A DNA stretch of 64,000 nt from Candidatus Krumholzibacteriota bacterium (GTDB lineage Bacteria; Krumholzibacteriota; Krumholzibacteriia; JAJRXK01): NCBI GenBank assembly GCA_963764625.1, contig CAVXTH010000005.1:64001-128000 (forward strand), given 5' to 3'. Positions 27,479-37,573 of this stretch are shown piece by piece. The number at the start of each line of letters is the position of its first letter. The first letter of the stretch is position 1. The position numbers and the translations under genes were made by a program. The notes below the pieces were generated by a model. It did not search any database. It was not told the origin of the DNA and saw nothing but the letters and a program-made list of their open reading frames with translations.

Positions 27479-28332
27479 AGCACGACCTCCACCGGATGGA
27501 TGCGTCGGCGCAGAATCAGGTAGCAGCCAATCGCCACCGCCAAAAGCACGATGAGACTGAAAAGAGGGTGATAGCCGAGGGGGCGGTCCGCGCCGAAGAT
27601 CCAGGCGCCCACCTGCTTGAGATTCGCGTCGACGTTCAAGAGGCTCCAGAGGGACCAGCCGGTGAGCATCTTGAGGATCCGGGTGACGCCATCCACCACC
27701 AAGAGACCCCACAGGAGAACCCAACTCACGGCGATGATCGCGCTGCGCTGTGCGACGGAGGAGAGCATCAGGACCATGAGTCCGGCCGCGAGCGCCCACA
27801 ACGTGCAGTACACCACGGCCAACAGCGGAGCGGCCCACACCGTCGCGAAGTAGCCTTGCTGGACGCTCACCGCGATGGCAAACAACCAGAGCAGGAGCAC
27901 CGGGACCAAGCTGACCGCGAACACGAACGCGCTCACGATGCCCAGCTTGCCCAGGATGTAGTCGTTCGGGGTCAAGGGGCGTGAGAAGTAGATCTGGAGG
28001 GCGTGAAAGCGACGGTCCTTCGAGATGAGATCGGTTCCCGAGAGCAGAACGAACAGGATGACGAACACCGACTGGCCCTTCAGCGCCGAATAGAAGAAGC
28101 TGAGACCCGTCTTGAGCAGACCGGAGGATTGCAGCACGCTTCCCGCGCGCAAATCACCGTAGAGGACGACGCCGCGAATGAGGACGGCCGCCCACGCGAA
28201 GACCAGCAACAAGAGAGTGCGTCGCCGCTTGATCTCGGCGAGAAAACCACGGCGAAGAATCGGCCAGAAGCGCAGGGGGCGCGCCTGGATCTCCCCCTCC
28301 CATCGAGTGTATCCCTGCTCGTAAATCGGCAT
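27475..28332 (-). CDS. ABC-2 type transporter permease
   Basis: Multiple TM segments; LISKDRRFHALQIYFSRPL...YILGK. Confidence 0.85.
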   Translation of the reverse strand: MPIYEQGYTRWEGEIQARPLRFWPILRRGFLAEIKRRRTLLLLVFAWAAVLIRGVVLYGDLRAGSVLQSSGLLKTGLSFFYSALKGQSVFVILFVLLSGTDLISKDRRFHALQIYFSRPLTPNDYILGKLGIVSAFVFAVSLVPVLLLWLFAIAVSVQQGYFATVWAAPLLAVVYCTLWALAAGLMVLMLSSVAQRSAIIAVSWVLLWGLLVVDGVTRILKMLTGWSLWSLLNVDANLKQVGAWIFGADRPLGYHPLFSLIVLLAVAIGCYLILRRRIHPVEVVL

Positions 28333-29258
28333 CAGTCGATCGCCTCGAAGAATGTGTCTTCCACCGTGCGGCCCGCCGGCAACAGATGCCGGATCTCGAG
28401 TTCATCCCGCAGCGAGAGCGCCGCGTGAAAAATGGGCTCGGGTCCGTCCACGCCTTCTTTCAGACGCACCCGGATTCCGTTCTTGATGGGGCTGAAGTCG
28501 TGACCTTGTCCCCTCAGCGCCTCGCCGAGCGATTGCAGATCTCCCCGGCCGCGGACCTCGTAGAGCATGTGTTCGTGCAGTGAATCGCGGCTCACCGGCT
28601 CCTGGGACATGAGCCGGCCCTCCTTGAGGATGAGCACGCTGTCGCAAGTCTCCTGCACGTCGGGCAAGAGGTGGCTGCTCAGGACGACGGAAACCCCCTT
28701 GGTCTGGCTGATCTGCCGGATGAGAGCGAGCATGGTCTCCCGCCCCGGAGGGTCCATCCCGTTAGTGGGCTCGTCCAGAAAGATCAAGTCGGGGTCGTGG
28801 ACCAAGGCCTGCGCCAGCTTGAGTCGTTGCTTCATTCCCTGGCTGTAGGTCTCCAGATCGCGGTAGCGCGCCTCGCCCAGTCCCACGTAGTAAAGGACCT
28901 GATGCGCGCGCTGCATGGCATCCTTGGAACTCATGCCGGTAAGCTCACCGGCGTAGCCCGTCAGCTCGACCGCGTTCATGCCCGGCACCAGGCATTCGCT
29001 CTCCGGGACGAGCCCGATGCGCCGACGCAGGGTCAGAGGATCGACCGCGGGATCGATCCCCAGTACCTGGGCTTTTCCGGGCTCGAGGGGGAGGAGCCCC
29101 AGCAGTGTGCGCAGGAGGGTGGTCTTGCCCGAGCCGTTGGGGCCCAAAAGACCCACAGCGCCGCCCGTAAGCTCGAAATCGAGCCCGTGGAGCACCATTT
29201 TCTCGCCATAGGACTGGCTGAGAGCGGAGCAGCGGAGGATGGGGTCGATAGAGGACAC
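28332..29258 (-). CDS. ABC transporter ATP-binding protein
   Basis: GPNGSGKTT, YSQGMKQR, IFLDEPT, LSSHLL. Confidence 0.92.
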   Translation of the reverse strand: MSSIDPILRCSALSQSYGEKMVLHGLDFELTGGAVGLLGPNGSGKTTLLRTLLGLLPLEPGKAQVLGIDPAVDPLTLRRRIGLVPESECLVPGMNAVELTGYAGELTGMSSKDAMQRAHQVLYYVGLGEARYRDLETYSQGMKQRLKLAQALVHDPDLIFLDEPTNGMDPPGRETMLALIRQISQTKGVSVVLSSHLLPDVQETCDSVLILKEGRLMSQEPVSRDSLHEHMLYEVRGRGDLQSLGEALRGQGHDFSPIKNGIRVRLKEGVDGPEPIFHAALSLRDELEIRHLLPAGRTVEDTFFEAID

Positions 29259-29434
29259 GATTCGCCTCTGTACGCGCTTGGCTGGCGGGAAGTTGCGGAG
29301 ATTTGGGCTCGTGGCGACGGGGCTAGGGCCGCGCGCCGGACCGGACGAAACTAGCGCAGATCTCCCCCCCTGTCATCTGTTCGCGCGCGGACTCCTGGGC
29401 TCGGGAAGCGGGGAAACCAGAGGAATTGGCCCAC

Positions 29435-29464
29435 TTGTCCGCCCGGCATGCGCCGTGCTATAAT
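29435..29464 (+). promoter_or_regulatory. Sigma70-type promoter
   Basis: TTGTCC-N18-TATAAT with extended TG (TGCTATAAT), upstream of the 29592 gene. Confidence 0.7.
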
Positions 29465-29591
29465 TTCACCAGTTCCTGACACCCTATCCCGTCCCGGGCG
29501 ATTCCACACCCGCGGCGGGTATTACTGCTCCTCGTGGGATGAAACCGGCCTCCCTGAGACCAGGCTTCGTCTCCTGAAAAGGAATCAGTCC

Positions 29592-30383
29592 ATGGATCAC
29601 CGCGGTCGCGGTTTCGCTCGTCTCCTTCCTTTTTTCCTGTTGGCTCTCTTCGCCGTGCCCGCGCACGCGGTGTTCGATGTGCCCTGGGGGACTTCCTGGG
29701 ATGGCATCGCGCTGCAGGACGTCATCGACAACTATCTCAGCTCACAGTTCCCCGCGACCTACTCGCCGGGTGACGTGGACGCACTCACCATGTACGAGGG
29801 GTATCTGGCAGGTGACGCCGACCTGAGCCCCACTCCCTACTGGGAGGATTCGGACTTCACCAATCTCATCGTCAAGGAGCTCGCCGGCTACCAGTGGAAC
29901 AACACGATGGGCTGGTACGAGATCGGCTATCCGGACATCGACGGCTTCAACGATGGCGTGATCTTCACCGGCGACGAGGGGCCGGGAAACACGCAGACCG
30001 TCAGCTTCAGTTCGCCCACCCGTTTCGGCTTTTGGCTGAATCCCAATGGTGATCAGGACGCTCAGGGCGCTCCGGAACCCGAGAAGTTCTATACCGATCG
30101 CACTCTGAACGACCCGGGACCGGATGGAAGCGGCACCCTCCATGGCCCTCAGGGGGGAGACCCCCAGTGCCTCATCTACAACGTGTCCTATCTCTACGGA
30201 CGGCCGGCTTACATTCTGGCCTGGGAGGATCTGGACTCGGGACTCGAGATCAACGCGAGCCCCGAACCCAACTACACCGACAACGACTACAACGATCTCG
30301 TGGTGTTGATCCTGGCCTCGTCACCGGTACCCACGCAGTCCCAGTCGTGGGGACGCGTGAAGTCTCTGTTCAACCAGAAGTAG
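29592..30383 (+). CDS. Secreted acidic protein with a DUF4114-like domain and C-terminal SWGRVKSLF tail
   Basis: Signal peptide ending VPAHA; WEDL...DNDYNDLVV motif; ends PVPTQSQSWGRVKSLFNQK. Confidence 0.75.
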   Translation: MDHRGRGFARLLPFFLLALFAVPAHAVFDVPWGTSWDGIALQDVIDNYLSSQFPATYSPGDVDALTMYEGYLAGDADLSPTPYWEDSDFTNLIVKELAGYQWNNTMGWYEIGYPDIDGFNDGVIFTGDEGPGNTQTVSFSSPTRFGFWLNPNGDQDAQGAPEPEKFYTDRTLNDPGPDGSGTLHGPQGGDPQCLIYNVSYLYGRPAYILAWEDLDSGLEINASPEPNYTDNDYNDLVVLILASSPVPTQSQSWGRVKSLFNQK

Positions 30384-30416
30384 AGCCCCGCGCTCCGGGC
30401 CCGTCCCCACCGCGGA

Positions 30417-32177
30417 TCAGTGAAGATCCGCGGTGGTAGACTCGGTCTTCGCACTCTCAGCCAGCTTGCGGGTCTTGTATTCCTCCGCCAGACGGAAGAG
30501 GTCCTGCTTGTCCTTCGCCTGGGCCAGGATCTTCACCGCTTCCCACAACTGCCCGTCATCCTTGATGGAAACGTGATAGGCCGCCTCCGAGCCGTTGAAG
30601 TGCCGCTGCAGTTCGCGCAGGATCCCGCTCTTCACGTACCCCAGATTGTCATTCATGAGCTTCTTGTCCCAGCTCAAATCGAATTCCTTGAGGTACTTCT
30701 TGAGATTCTCGCGTTTGGCGGCCATGGCGTAGAACCCGTCGAGGAGCTTGGGAGTCACTTCGAAGTTCGCCGGTAGACTCTTGTGGTCGACGGCGTACTC
30801 GGTGGCGAAAGTGAAGAAAATGCCGTCCCGCTCCAAGCAGACCTCGGCGTCGTTGAGCAGGGTGGGTTCGATCTTCACGTCGGGGGTGATTCCTCCGCCC
30901 CCGTAGACCTGCCGGCCCATGTCGGTGAAGTAGACCTCACCTGAGGGGTGCTCCACTTCCGGATTCTGCCCGCTCAAAGAGTCGGTCTGGCTGGCGTCCT
31001 CCAGGGAATCGGCGTCCGCCTTGGCTTGGGCGTCGACGAGCTCGCCGTCGCGAGTCCGCTTACGATGAATCGAACGGCCGCTGGGAGTGTAGTAGCGGGC
31101 GGTGGTCAGCTTGAGGGCCTTGTCGGGAGGCAAATCGAAGACGGTCTGGACCGAGCCCTTCCCGAAGGTGTTCTGCCCCGCGATCAGGCCCACGTCGTGG
31201 TCTTGCATGGCGCCGGAGAAGATTTCACTGGCGCTGGCCGACGAACCGTTGACGAGCAGCAAGAGGGGGGTCTTGCTCCAATCGACTTCGTCCTCATCGG
31301 TGGCGTAGTAGCTCAGGTTGTTCCGCATGTAGCGGCCCTTGGTATAGACGATGAGCTCGCCCTGCTTGAGGAAGAGCCCACTCACGTCTTTTGCCGCGGT
31401 CAAGAGACCGCCGGGATTGAAGCGTAAATCGATGAGCAGGCGCTTCATCCCCTGCTTTTCCAGCTTCTCCACCGCGGTGCGCAACTCGTCGGCGGTGGTG
31501 CGCGCGAAGTTGGTGATGCGGACGTATCCCACCTTGGCGTCGTCATCGATCATGAACACGTAGGGAATGCTCTCGAGTTTGATGATGTCGCGCGTAATGG
31601 TGTAATGCCGGGTCGTGTCTTCGCCGGCCCTGCGGATTCCGATCGTCACCTGAGTGCCCTTGGGCCCTCGCAGTTTGTCCACGGCATCGTTGGTCTTCCA
31701 GCCCTTGGTGCTCTCGCCCTCGATCTCGACGATCTGATCGCCGCCCTGAATGCCCATGAGATAGGCAGGCGTGCCCTCGATCGGTGACACCACCGTGATC
31801 CATCCGTCGCGCAGGGTGATCTGAATCCCCAGCCCGCCGAATTCACCCTGGGTGCTCGTCATCAGGTCGTCGTAGGACTCGGGAGTCAACAGCTGGCTGT
31901 GCGCGTCCAGCTTGTCGAGCATGCCGTCGATCGCCGAGTTGATGAGATCCTCCGGATCGAGCTCATCCACGTAGTTGCGGGTGATTCGCTCGTAGACACG
32001 GCCGAACAACTCGAGGCTGTCGTAGTACTCCTGACTGCGGGTCACGGCCTTCTTCTGGGTGCCTTGGTCGTCCTGATCGCTTTTTCCGCGTCCAGCGGCG
32101 GCCCCGAGAACGAACCCGGTGCACAGCACGGCCACGACCGAGACTGCGAGGAGGAGTTTGCGGCGATTGAGCTTCAT
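30417..32177 (-). CDS. ctpA: Carboxyl-terminal processing protease (S41A)
   Basis: GEFGGLGI (PDZ), DLRFNPGGLL, SASASEIFSGA.QD, TFGKGSVQ, KLTTARYYTPSGRSI. Confidence 0.95.
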   Translation of the reverse strand: MKLNRRKLLLAVSVVAVLCTGFVLGAAAGRGKSDQDDQGTQKKAVTRSQEYYDSLELFGRVYERITRNYVDELDPEDLINSAIDGMLDKLDAHSQLLTPESYDDLMTSTQGEFGGLGIQITLRDGWITVVSPIEGTPAYLMGIQGGDQIVEIEGESTKGWKTNDAVDKLRGPKGTQVTIGIRRAGEDTTRHYTITRDIIKLESIPYVFMIDDDAKVGYVRITNFARTTADELRTAVEKLEKQGMKRLLIDLRFNPGGLLTAAKDVSGLFLKQGELIVYTKGRYMRNNLSYYATDEDEVDWSKTPLLLLVNGSSASASEIFSGAMQDHDVGLIAGQNTFGKGSVQTVFDLPPDKALKLTTARYYTPSGRSIHRKRTRDGELVDAQAKADADSLEDASQTDSLSGQNPEVEHPSGEVYFTDMGRQVYGGGGITPDVKIEPTLLNDAEVCLERDGIFFTFATEYAVDHKSLPANFEVTPKLLDGFYAMAAKRENLKKYLKEFDLSWDKKLMNDNLGYVKSGILRELQRHFNGSEAAYHVSIKDDGQLWEAVKILAQAKDKQDLFRLAEEYKTRKLAESAKTESTTADLH

Positions 32178-32371
32178 GGAGTGTCCCCTGACTGGTGAAT
32201 GCGCCGAGGATTGAGGTGAGGAAACGCCTGAGATTACGGAAGAAACCGGCGTACGGAGTCGGCAAGCTCACGTTAAGAGCTTGTACGAACGACAGCAATA
32301 TGTGTTCCGCGCAACTGGGGCCGGACGGCGCGCCCGAGTCCTCTCGGGGAAGCCTGGGGCAGGCTGGGGAA

Positions 32372-33010
32372 TCAACCCGACCGGAGGCGCAGGAGGACTT
32401 TCAAGTGGGTCCAGGCCTCCTCGCTGAGCGCTTCGCGCGAGAGGGTCCCGTCCAGGACCCGGAAACGCTCGGGGTGCCGCGCCGCGAGCTTTGCGTAGCC
32501 CACGCGGACCCGCTCGTGAAACTCGAACTCCTCGCTCTCCATCCGATCCCGCTCGCGGTTGCCCATCCGGGCCCGGCCCTCCTGGGGGCTGAGCTCCACC
32601 AAAAAGGTGAGATCGGGCACCAAGTCGCCCGTCGCCAGCCGGTTCAGCTCCTCGACCCGCTCGAGCCCCAGGCCCCTTCCCTCGCCCTGGTAGGCGGAGG
32701 ACGAATCGCCGTAGCGGTCGCAGAGAACGATCTCCCCGCGCTGCAGGGCGGGGCGCAGCACTTCCTCGACCAGTTGCGCCCGGGCCGCGAGCATGAGAAA
32801 GAGCTCGCTGAGCGGGCTCAGATCGGTGTGCCTCGAGTCCAGGACCACGCGGCGAATCCGCTCGCCGGGCGCGGTGCCTCCCGGTTCCCGGCTCAAGATG
32901 ACGGTGTGGCCGCTCGCATTCAGACGCTCGGCCAGGGCCCGCAGCAGAGTGGACTTCCCGCAACCCTCTACCCCCTCGAAGGTCACCAGTATGCCCAGCT
33001 CCGGCTTCAC
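32372..33010 (-). CDS. tmk: Thymidylate kinase
   Basis: TFEGVEGCGKST, REPGGT, LCDRYGDSSSAYQG. Confidence 0.95.
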   Translation of the reverse strand: MKPELGILVTFEGVEGCGKSTLLRALAERLNASGHTVILSREPGGTAPGERIRRVVLDSRHTDLSPLSELFLMLAARAQLVEEVLRPALQRGEIVLCDRYGDSSSAYQGEGRGLGLERVEELNRLATGDLVPDLTFLVELSPQEGRARMGNRERDRMESEEFEFHERVRVGYAKLAARHPERFRVLDGTLSREALSEEAWTHLKVLLRLRSG

Positions 33011-33618
33011 GCCGATCCGCCTTCCTGAGGTCGATCGAGCTTCCTCGCGACGTGGACGATCCTCTGCACCACCGTGACCCAGGTCAGGATCGCCAGCGCG
33101 AAAACCACGAACCCGGTCGCGGTGCGCCCCAGCATGAGACCGGCACTCAAGAGAACAATCCGTTCGGGTCGCTCCAACCACCCCACTCTGCACTCGGTCC
33201 CTAGGCCCTCCGCCCGCGCGCGCGCATAGGAGGTGATGAGCGAGCCGGCCAGAGCCAAGAGAGTCAGCTCCGAAAGCCAGGGCAAGGAGTACTGATTCAG
33301 TCTCATGTCGTGAAGCAGTCCGAGTAGGAGCGCGGTTTCGCTGAGCCGATCGAAAGTGGAATCGAGAAAGGCTCCGAGCAGAGAGACCCGGTTCTGCCGG
33401 CGCGCGAGCGCGCCGTCGAGCATGTCGAATCCGCTGGCGAAGAGGAACGCGAGACCGCCGAAGAACAGGTGGCCCCGCCACACGATGGCGGCCGCGCCAA
33501 AATTCAGGAAGAGACCAACGAAGGTCAGAAGAGTGGGCGTAAATCCCGCCGCATCCAGAACGCGAACCAGCGGCTGGATCCGGTCGCGGATGACTTGATG
33601 GAGGTCGATCTTGCTCAC
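33007..33618 (-). CDS. pgsA: CDP-alcohol phosphatidyltransferase (PgsA/PIP-synthase-like)
   Basis: DMLDGALAR...GAFLDSTFDR motif; SYARARAEGLG and ERPER. Confidence 0.85.
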   Translation of the reverse strand: MSKIDLHQVIRDRIQPLVRVLDAAGFTPTLLTFVGLFLNFGAAAIVWRGHLFFGGLAFLFASGFDMLDGALARRQNRVSLLGAFLDSTFDRLSETALLLGLLHDMRLNQYSLPWLSELTLLALAGSLITSYARARAEGLGTECRVGWLERPERIVLLSAGLMLGRTATGFVVFALAILTWVTVVQRIVHVARKLDRPQEGGSA

Positions 33619-33649
33619 GGAAGCAGTCAACCCTTCCTGGCCGCCGCTG

Positions 33650-34336
33650 TCAAGCAGTGGCGGGGGCGAGAACCAAGACGAGTTCGCCTTTCGGCGGATG
33701 GTCGCGGTAGTACTCCAGCTGCTCGACGGCGGTGCCACGCCGCACCTCTTCGTGCAGCTTGGTCATCTCACGACAGACGGCGAGCCGCCGGTCCGGCAGG
33801 GTTTCCACGAAGAGAGGCAGGCTCTTGAGCAGTCGATGACTCGATTCCAGCACCACGATGGTTCGCTCCTCTTGCCTATAGCCGTTCAGCTGGCGGGCGA
33901 GCCGTCCGCTCCGCCGCGCGAGCCAGCCGTCGAACACGAAGCGATCGGTGGGGAATCCGCTGAGCGCCAGGGCCATGATCACGCTGGACGGTCCGGGGAC
34001 CATGCTCACCAAGAAGCCCGAGCGGACCGCGGCGCGCACCACTCTGAAGCCCGGATCGGCGACCAGGGGCGTACCCGCGTCGCTCACCAGCGCGACGTTC
34101 TCCCCCGCGGCCAGACTCTCCATGATCTCGCGAGCCCTCTCCTCTTCGTTGTGATCGTGACAGGATCGCAGTCGAGCCTCGATCCCGAGCCTCTTGAGCA
34201 GTTTTCCGGTGTGTCGAGTATCTTCCGCGTAGATGCGATCGGCCTCGCGCAGAGTTCTCTGCGCGCGGGGAGAAAGGTCCTCGAGGTTGCCGATGGGAGT
34301 CGCCACCAGGGTGAGCACGTCGCCTATCCCATCCAA
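33650..34336 (-). CDS. rsmI: 16S rRNA (cytidine1402-2'-O)-methyltransferase
   Basis: VATPIGNLED, AEDTR, LVSDAGTP..ADPG, REMTKLHEE, KGE. Confidence 0.95.
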   Translation of the reverse strand: MDGIGDVLTLVATPIGNLEDLSPRAQRTLREADRIYAEDTRHTGKLLKRLGIEARLRSCHDHNEEERAREIMESLAAGENVALVSDAGTPLVADPGFRVVRAAVRSGFLVSMVPGPSSVIMALALSGFPTDRFVFDGWLARRSGRLARQLNGYRQEERTIVVLESSHRLLKSLPLFVETLPDRRLAVCREMTKLHEEVRRGTAVEQLEYYRDHPPKGELVLVLAPATA

Positions 34337-35208
34337 TCGCGCGGATACAGAAAGTCCTTGTCCACGGTGCGATTGCTGAGTTTCACGATTACGGGCATCT
34401 TGCGCTTGTACTGCGATCGCTTCATGAGCGTAGTCACGCGATCGATGAGCTCAGGGGCAAACCCGAGGCGCAGCAGTCCCTCCCTTCGCTGCCTTCGATC
34501 GACCATCTCGTACAGCAGGTGATCCACTTCCGCGTACTTCATGCCCAGTTCGGCCTCGTCGGTCTGTCCCTGCCAGAGATCGGCGCTCGGCGGCTTGTTC
34601 ACGATCTCCTCGGGGATACCCAGGTGACGGGACAGCGCGAAGACCTGGCTCTTGTAGAGGTCACCGATTGCATTCACCGCGCTGGCCGAATCGCCGAAGA
34701 TGGTGGAATAGCCCAGCAGCAGTTCGGTCTTGTTGGAAGTGCCCAGCACGAGGCCGCTGCGCGCCTGGCTGTAATCGTAGAGGATGGTCATGCGTTCGCG
34801 CGCCATCTTGTTGCCACGCCGGTTGCGATCGGCCTCGGGATGCTTCGCAAAGTAGGCGTCGATCTGCGGCGTGATCTCTTCGAGCTTCGATTCGATTCCG
34901 AGCGCGTCCACCACGAGGCGCGCGTGGAGCAGACTCTCCGGGGAGCTAGCGGCGTAGGGCATGAGGAGGGCGAGGACGTTTTCCGGCCCGAAAGTGCGCG
35001 CCGCCAGGGCCGCCACCAGCGCGGAGTCGATTCCACCGGAGAGGCCCAGTAACACCTTGGAAAATCCCGCGCGCACCACTTCTCTCTGAAGTCCGGCGCT
35101 GAGGACTCGCACCGCGGCGTCCCACTGCAACTCGAGCGCTCCCAGAGCCCCGAGTTCACGCTGGGGTTCTTGCAACGGATTCGCGGACGGCTTTGAGCCG
35201 CGTCTCAT
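34324..35208 (-). CDS. nadE: NAD+ synthetase (synthetase subunit)
   Basis: GLSGGIDS, GNKMARERM, GTSNKTE..LGY.T.FGD, KPPSADLW.GQTDE. Confidence 0.95.
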   Translation of the reverse strand: MRRGSKPSANPLQEPQRELGALGALELQWDAAVRVLSAGLQREVVRAGFSKVLLGLSGGIDSALVAALAARTFGPENVLALLMPYAASSPESLLHARLVVDALGIESKLEEITPQIDAYFAKHPEADRNRRGNKMARERMTILYDYSQARSGLVLGTSNKTELLLGYSTIFGDSASAVNAIGDLYKSQVFALSRHLGIPEEIVNKPPSADLWQGQTDEAELGMKYAEVDHLLYEMVDRRQRREGLLRLGFAPELIDRVTTLMKRSQYKRKMPVIVKLSNRTVDKDFLYPRDWMG

Positions 35209-36101
35209 TCGTCGCCCTCCTGGTCCTCGAAGGACTCCGGGCTGGAGGCGGCGGCGCTGCGCGCCGACGCGATGCGGCCCAGCTCTCTTCGCGTGAGCTC
35301 GATCTTCTCGTCCCGCAGGATGGGGTTACTCAATCGTGCCTGCCGCACTTTCTCGAAGTCGATTTCTCCCACCACCAATTGCTCGTCGTACAGAGCTCCC
35401 ACCGCGAGCTCGCTCCCATCCGGGCCCAAGAGCACGCTGCGACCCCAGAACACCAACCCGTCTTCGCTTCCCACTCGATTGCAAAACGCGATGTAGCAGC
35501 CGTAGAGCCGGGCGTAGGTGCGCAGGGTGTCCACCCAGGTTCGGGCGTTCTGGGGCATTTCACCCTCGCGGAGGTCGCGTACCGGACTCGCGGTCTGTAC
35601 CACCAGCAACTGTGCGCCGTCGAGCAAGAGCATGGTCACGAGCGAAGGGTGCCACGAGTCTTCGCAAATGGTGAAACCGATCCGGCCGTAACGAGTGCGA
35701 GCCGCGACCACGCTGCTCCCGGCTCCAACGAATCTCGCCTCGTCGAACACTCCGTAACTGGCCAGATACACCTTCCGGTGCACGTGCTTCACCTGACCTC
35801 TCTCGAGATAGAAAGAAGAGATGTACTGGGCGTGCCCTTCCGACTCCTCGATGCCTCCCACGCAGAGCGACATATCGCCGGCGGCCTTGCCCAGCCGGCC
35901 GAAGAGAGGATCGGCAGCGCTCATCGCGAGGTCCCCCACCATGTCTTGCAGCAGGTAGCCCGAAAGCGAGAGTTCGGGAAAGACCAGCAGGTCGACTTTC
36001 TCTTTGCGCGCGCGCCGGATCCACTCCTCGTGAATGGCGGCGTTCGCCTCGAGGTCGCCCAGTTTGAGGTTGCATTGGGCCAAACCGATACGCAGGTCCA
36101 T
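35205..36101 (-). CDS. Nitrilase-fold amidohydrolase, probable glutaminase subunit of NAD synthetase
   Basis: FPELSLSGY (Glu), HRKVYL (Lys), ICED (Cys) triad; 4-nt overlap with nadE. Confidence 0.88.
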   Translation of the reverse strand: MDLRIGLAQCNLKLGDLEANAAIHEEWIRRARKEKVDLLVFPELSLSGYLLQDMVGDLAMSAADPLFGRLGKAAGDMSLCVGGIEESEGHAQYISSFYLERGQVKHVHRKVYLASYGVFDEARFVGAGSSVVAARTRYGRIGFTICEDSWHPSLVTMLLLDGAQLLVVQTASPVRDLREGEMPQNARTWVDTLRTYARLYGCYIAFCNRVGSEDGLVFWGRSVLLGPDGSELAVGALYDEQLVVGEIDFEKVRQARLSNPILRDEKIELTRRELGRIASARSAAASSPESFEDQEGDE

Positions 36102-36117
36102 CTCCGCTCCACTTTCG

Positions 36118-37563
36118 TCAGTGCTTGCGCCAGAACTCCGGAGCAAACAAGACCAACACGGTGTAGAGTTCGAGCCTCCCCACCAACATACAGAAAGTCA
36201 GAACCCACTTTCCCACCACATGAACGTGGGCAAAGTTGTTGGTCGGACCCACGCTTCCCACCCCGGGGCCGATGTTGTTGAGAGTTGCCGCCACACTGCC
36301 GAAGGCCGAGACCAGATCCAAGCCCACCAAGGTCATGCAAAACGTGGCCAGGGTGGTGATGATCATCATCAAGAGGATGAAGCCCATGATGTTGGTCACG
36401 ATGTCCGGCGGTACGCCGCTGCGATTGAAGCGAATGGTGTACACCGCTCTAGGGTGCAGCAGCTTTCTCAACTCGTTGCTCGCATGTCTCAGAAAGATCA
36501 AGAACCGGGCGTTCTTCATGCCTCCCCCCGTCGACCCCGCACAGCCCCCGATGAACATCAAGAGCAGGAGCAGGTACTGAGGCATGCTTCCCCACTTCGC
36601 GTAGTCCTCGGTGCAGAATCCGGTCGTCGTCATGATGGAAACGACCTGAAAGAAACTGCCCCTGAGGTTGCGGCCGATGCTGAACTCGGCGAGACGGAGA
36701 TTGGAGAGAAAAATGATGGAGACAGCCACGAGAATGACGACGAGATAGGTGCGAAATTCGTCATCCCGAAAATAATTCTTGAGGCGCCCGCGCAGCGCTG
36801 CGAAGTGCAGGGAGAAGTTGGCTCCCGCGATGAACATGAACACGATCATGATGATTTCGGCCGCCGGGTTGTGCAGCGCCGCCACGGAGGCATCCTTGGT
36901 CGAGAACCCCCCGGTTGCCATGGTGGTGAAGGTGTGACAGATGGCGTCGAAAGGAGAGAGCCCGCTCAGGATCAGGGCCAGGGCTTCCACCACCGAGATC
37001 AGCACGTAGACTCCCCACAGCAACTTCGCCGTCTCCTTGATCCGCGGAGTGAGTCGATCGGGGCTGGGCCCCGGAGCTTCGGCCTTGAAGAGCTGCATCC
37101 CGCCGATGCCGAGAATGGGCAGGATCGCCAGGCTCAGCACCACGATTCCCATTCCCCCCAACCACTGAATGAGGGAACGCCACAGCAGCATCGAATTGGA
37201 CTGGGCCTGGATATCGGTGAGGATGCTGGCGCCGGTTGTGGTGAAGCCGCTCATCGATTCGAAGTAGGCATCGGTGAAGTTGGGAATGGAGCCACTGATC
37301 CAAAACGGCAGGGCGCCGATCAGGGCCGCCAAGAGCCAACCGAAGGTGACGATGAGAAATCCATCGCGAGTGCCGAGCTCCTGCCGGCCTCGCCCCACTA
37401 CCACCAGGGTTCCCCCCACGACGACGGCCACGAGACCGCTGAGGAGGAATACGACCACCTCGTCCTCGTGGTAGAGGAGAGCACAGATGAGAGGAACGAC
37501 CATGGCGATGCCGGTGGCGAACGCCAGCAGGCCAAGAACTCGAAGTACCACACGTGGATTCAA
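36118..37563 (-). CDS. trkH: Trk potassium uptake membrane protein
   Basis: FESMSGFTTTG, WLGGMG, ATGGFS, GGCAGSTGGG, NNIGPG, GRLE. Confidence 0.95.
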   Translation of the reverse strand: MNPRVVLRVLGLLAFATGIAMVVPLICALLYHEDEVVVFLLSGLVAVVVGGTLVVVGRGRQELGTRDGFLIVTFGWLLAALIGALPFWISGSIPNFTDAYFESMSGFTTTGASILTDIQAQSNSMLLWRSLIQWLGGMGIVVLSLAILPILGIGGMQLFKAEAPGPSPDRLTPRIKETAKLLWGVYVLISVVEALALILSGLSPFDAICHTFTTMATGGFSTKDASVAALHNPAAEIIMIVFMFIAGANFSLHFAALRGRLKNYFRDDEFRTYLVVILVAVSIIFLSNLRLAEFSIGRNLRGSFFQVVSIMTTTGFCTEDYAKWGSMPQYLLLLLMFIGGCAGSTGGGMKNARFLIFLRHASNELRKLLHPRAVYTIRFNRSGVPPDIVTNIMGFILLMMIITTLATFCMTLVGLDLVSAFGSVAATLNNIGPGVGSVGPTNNFAHVHVVGKWVLTFCMLVGRLELYTVLVLFAPEFWRKH

Positions 37564-37573
37564 GTTCGCCGTC

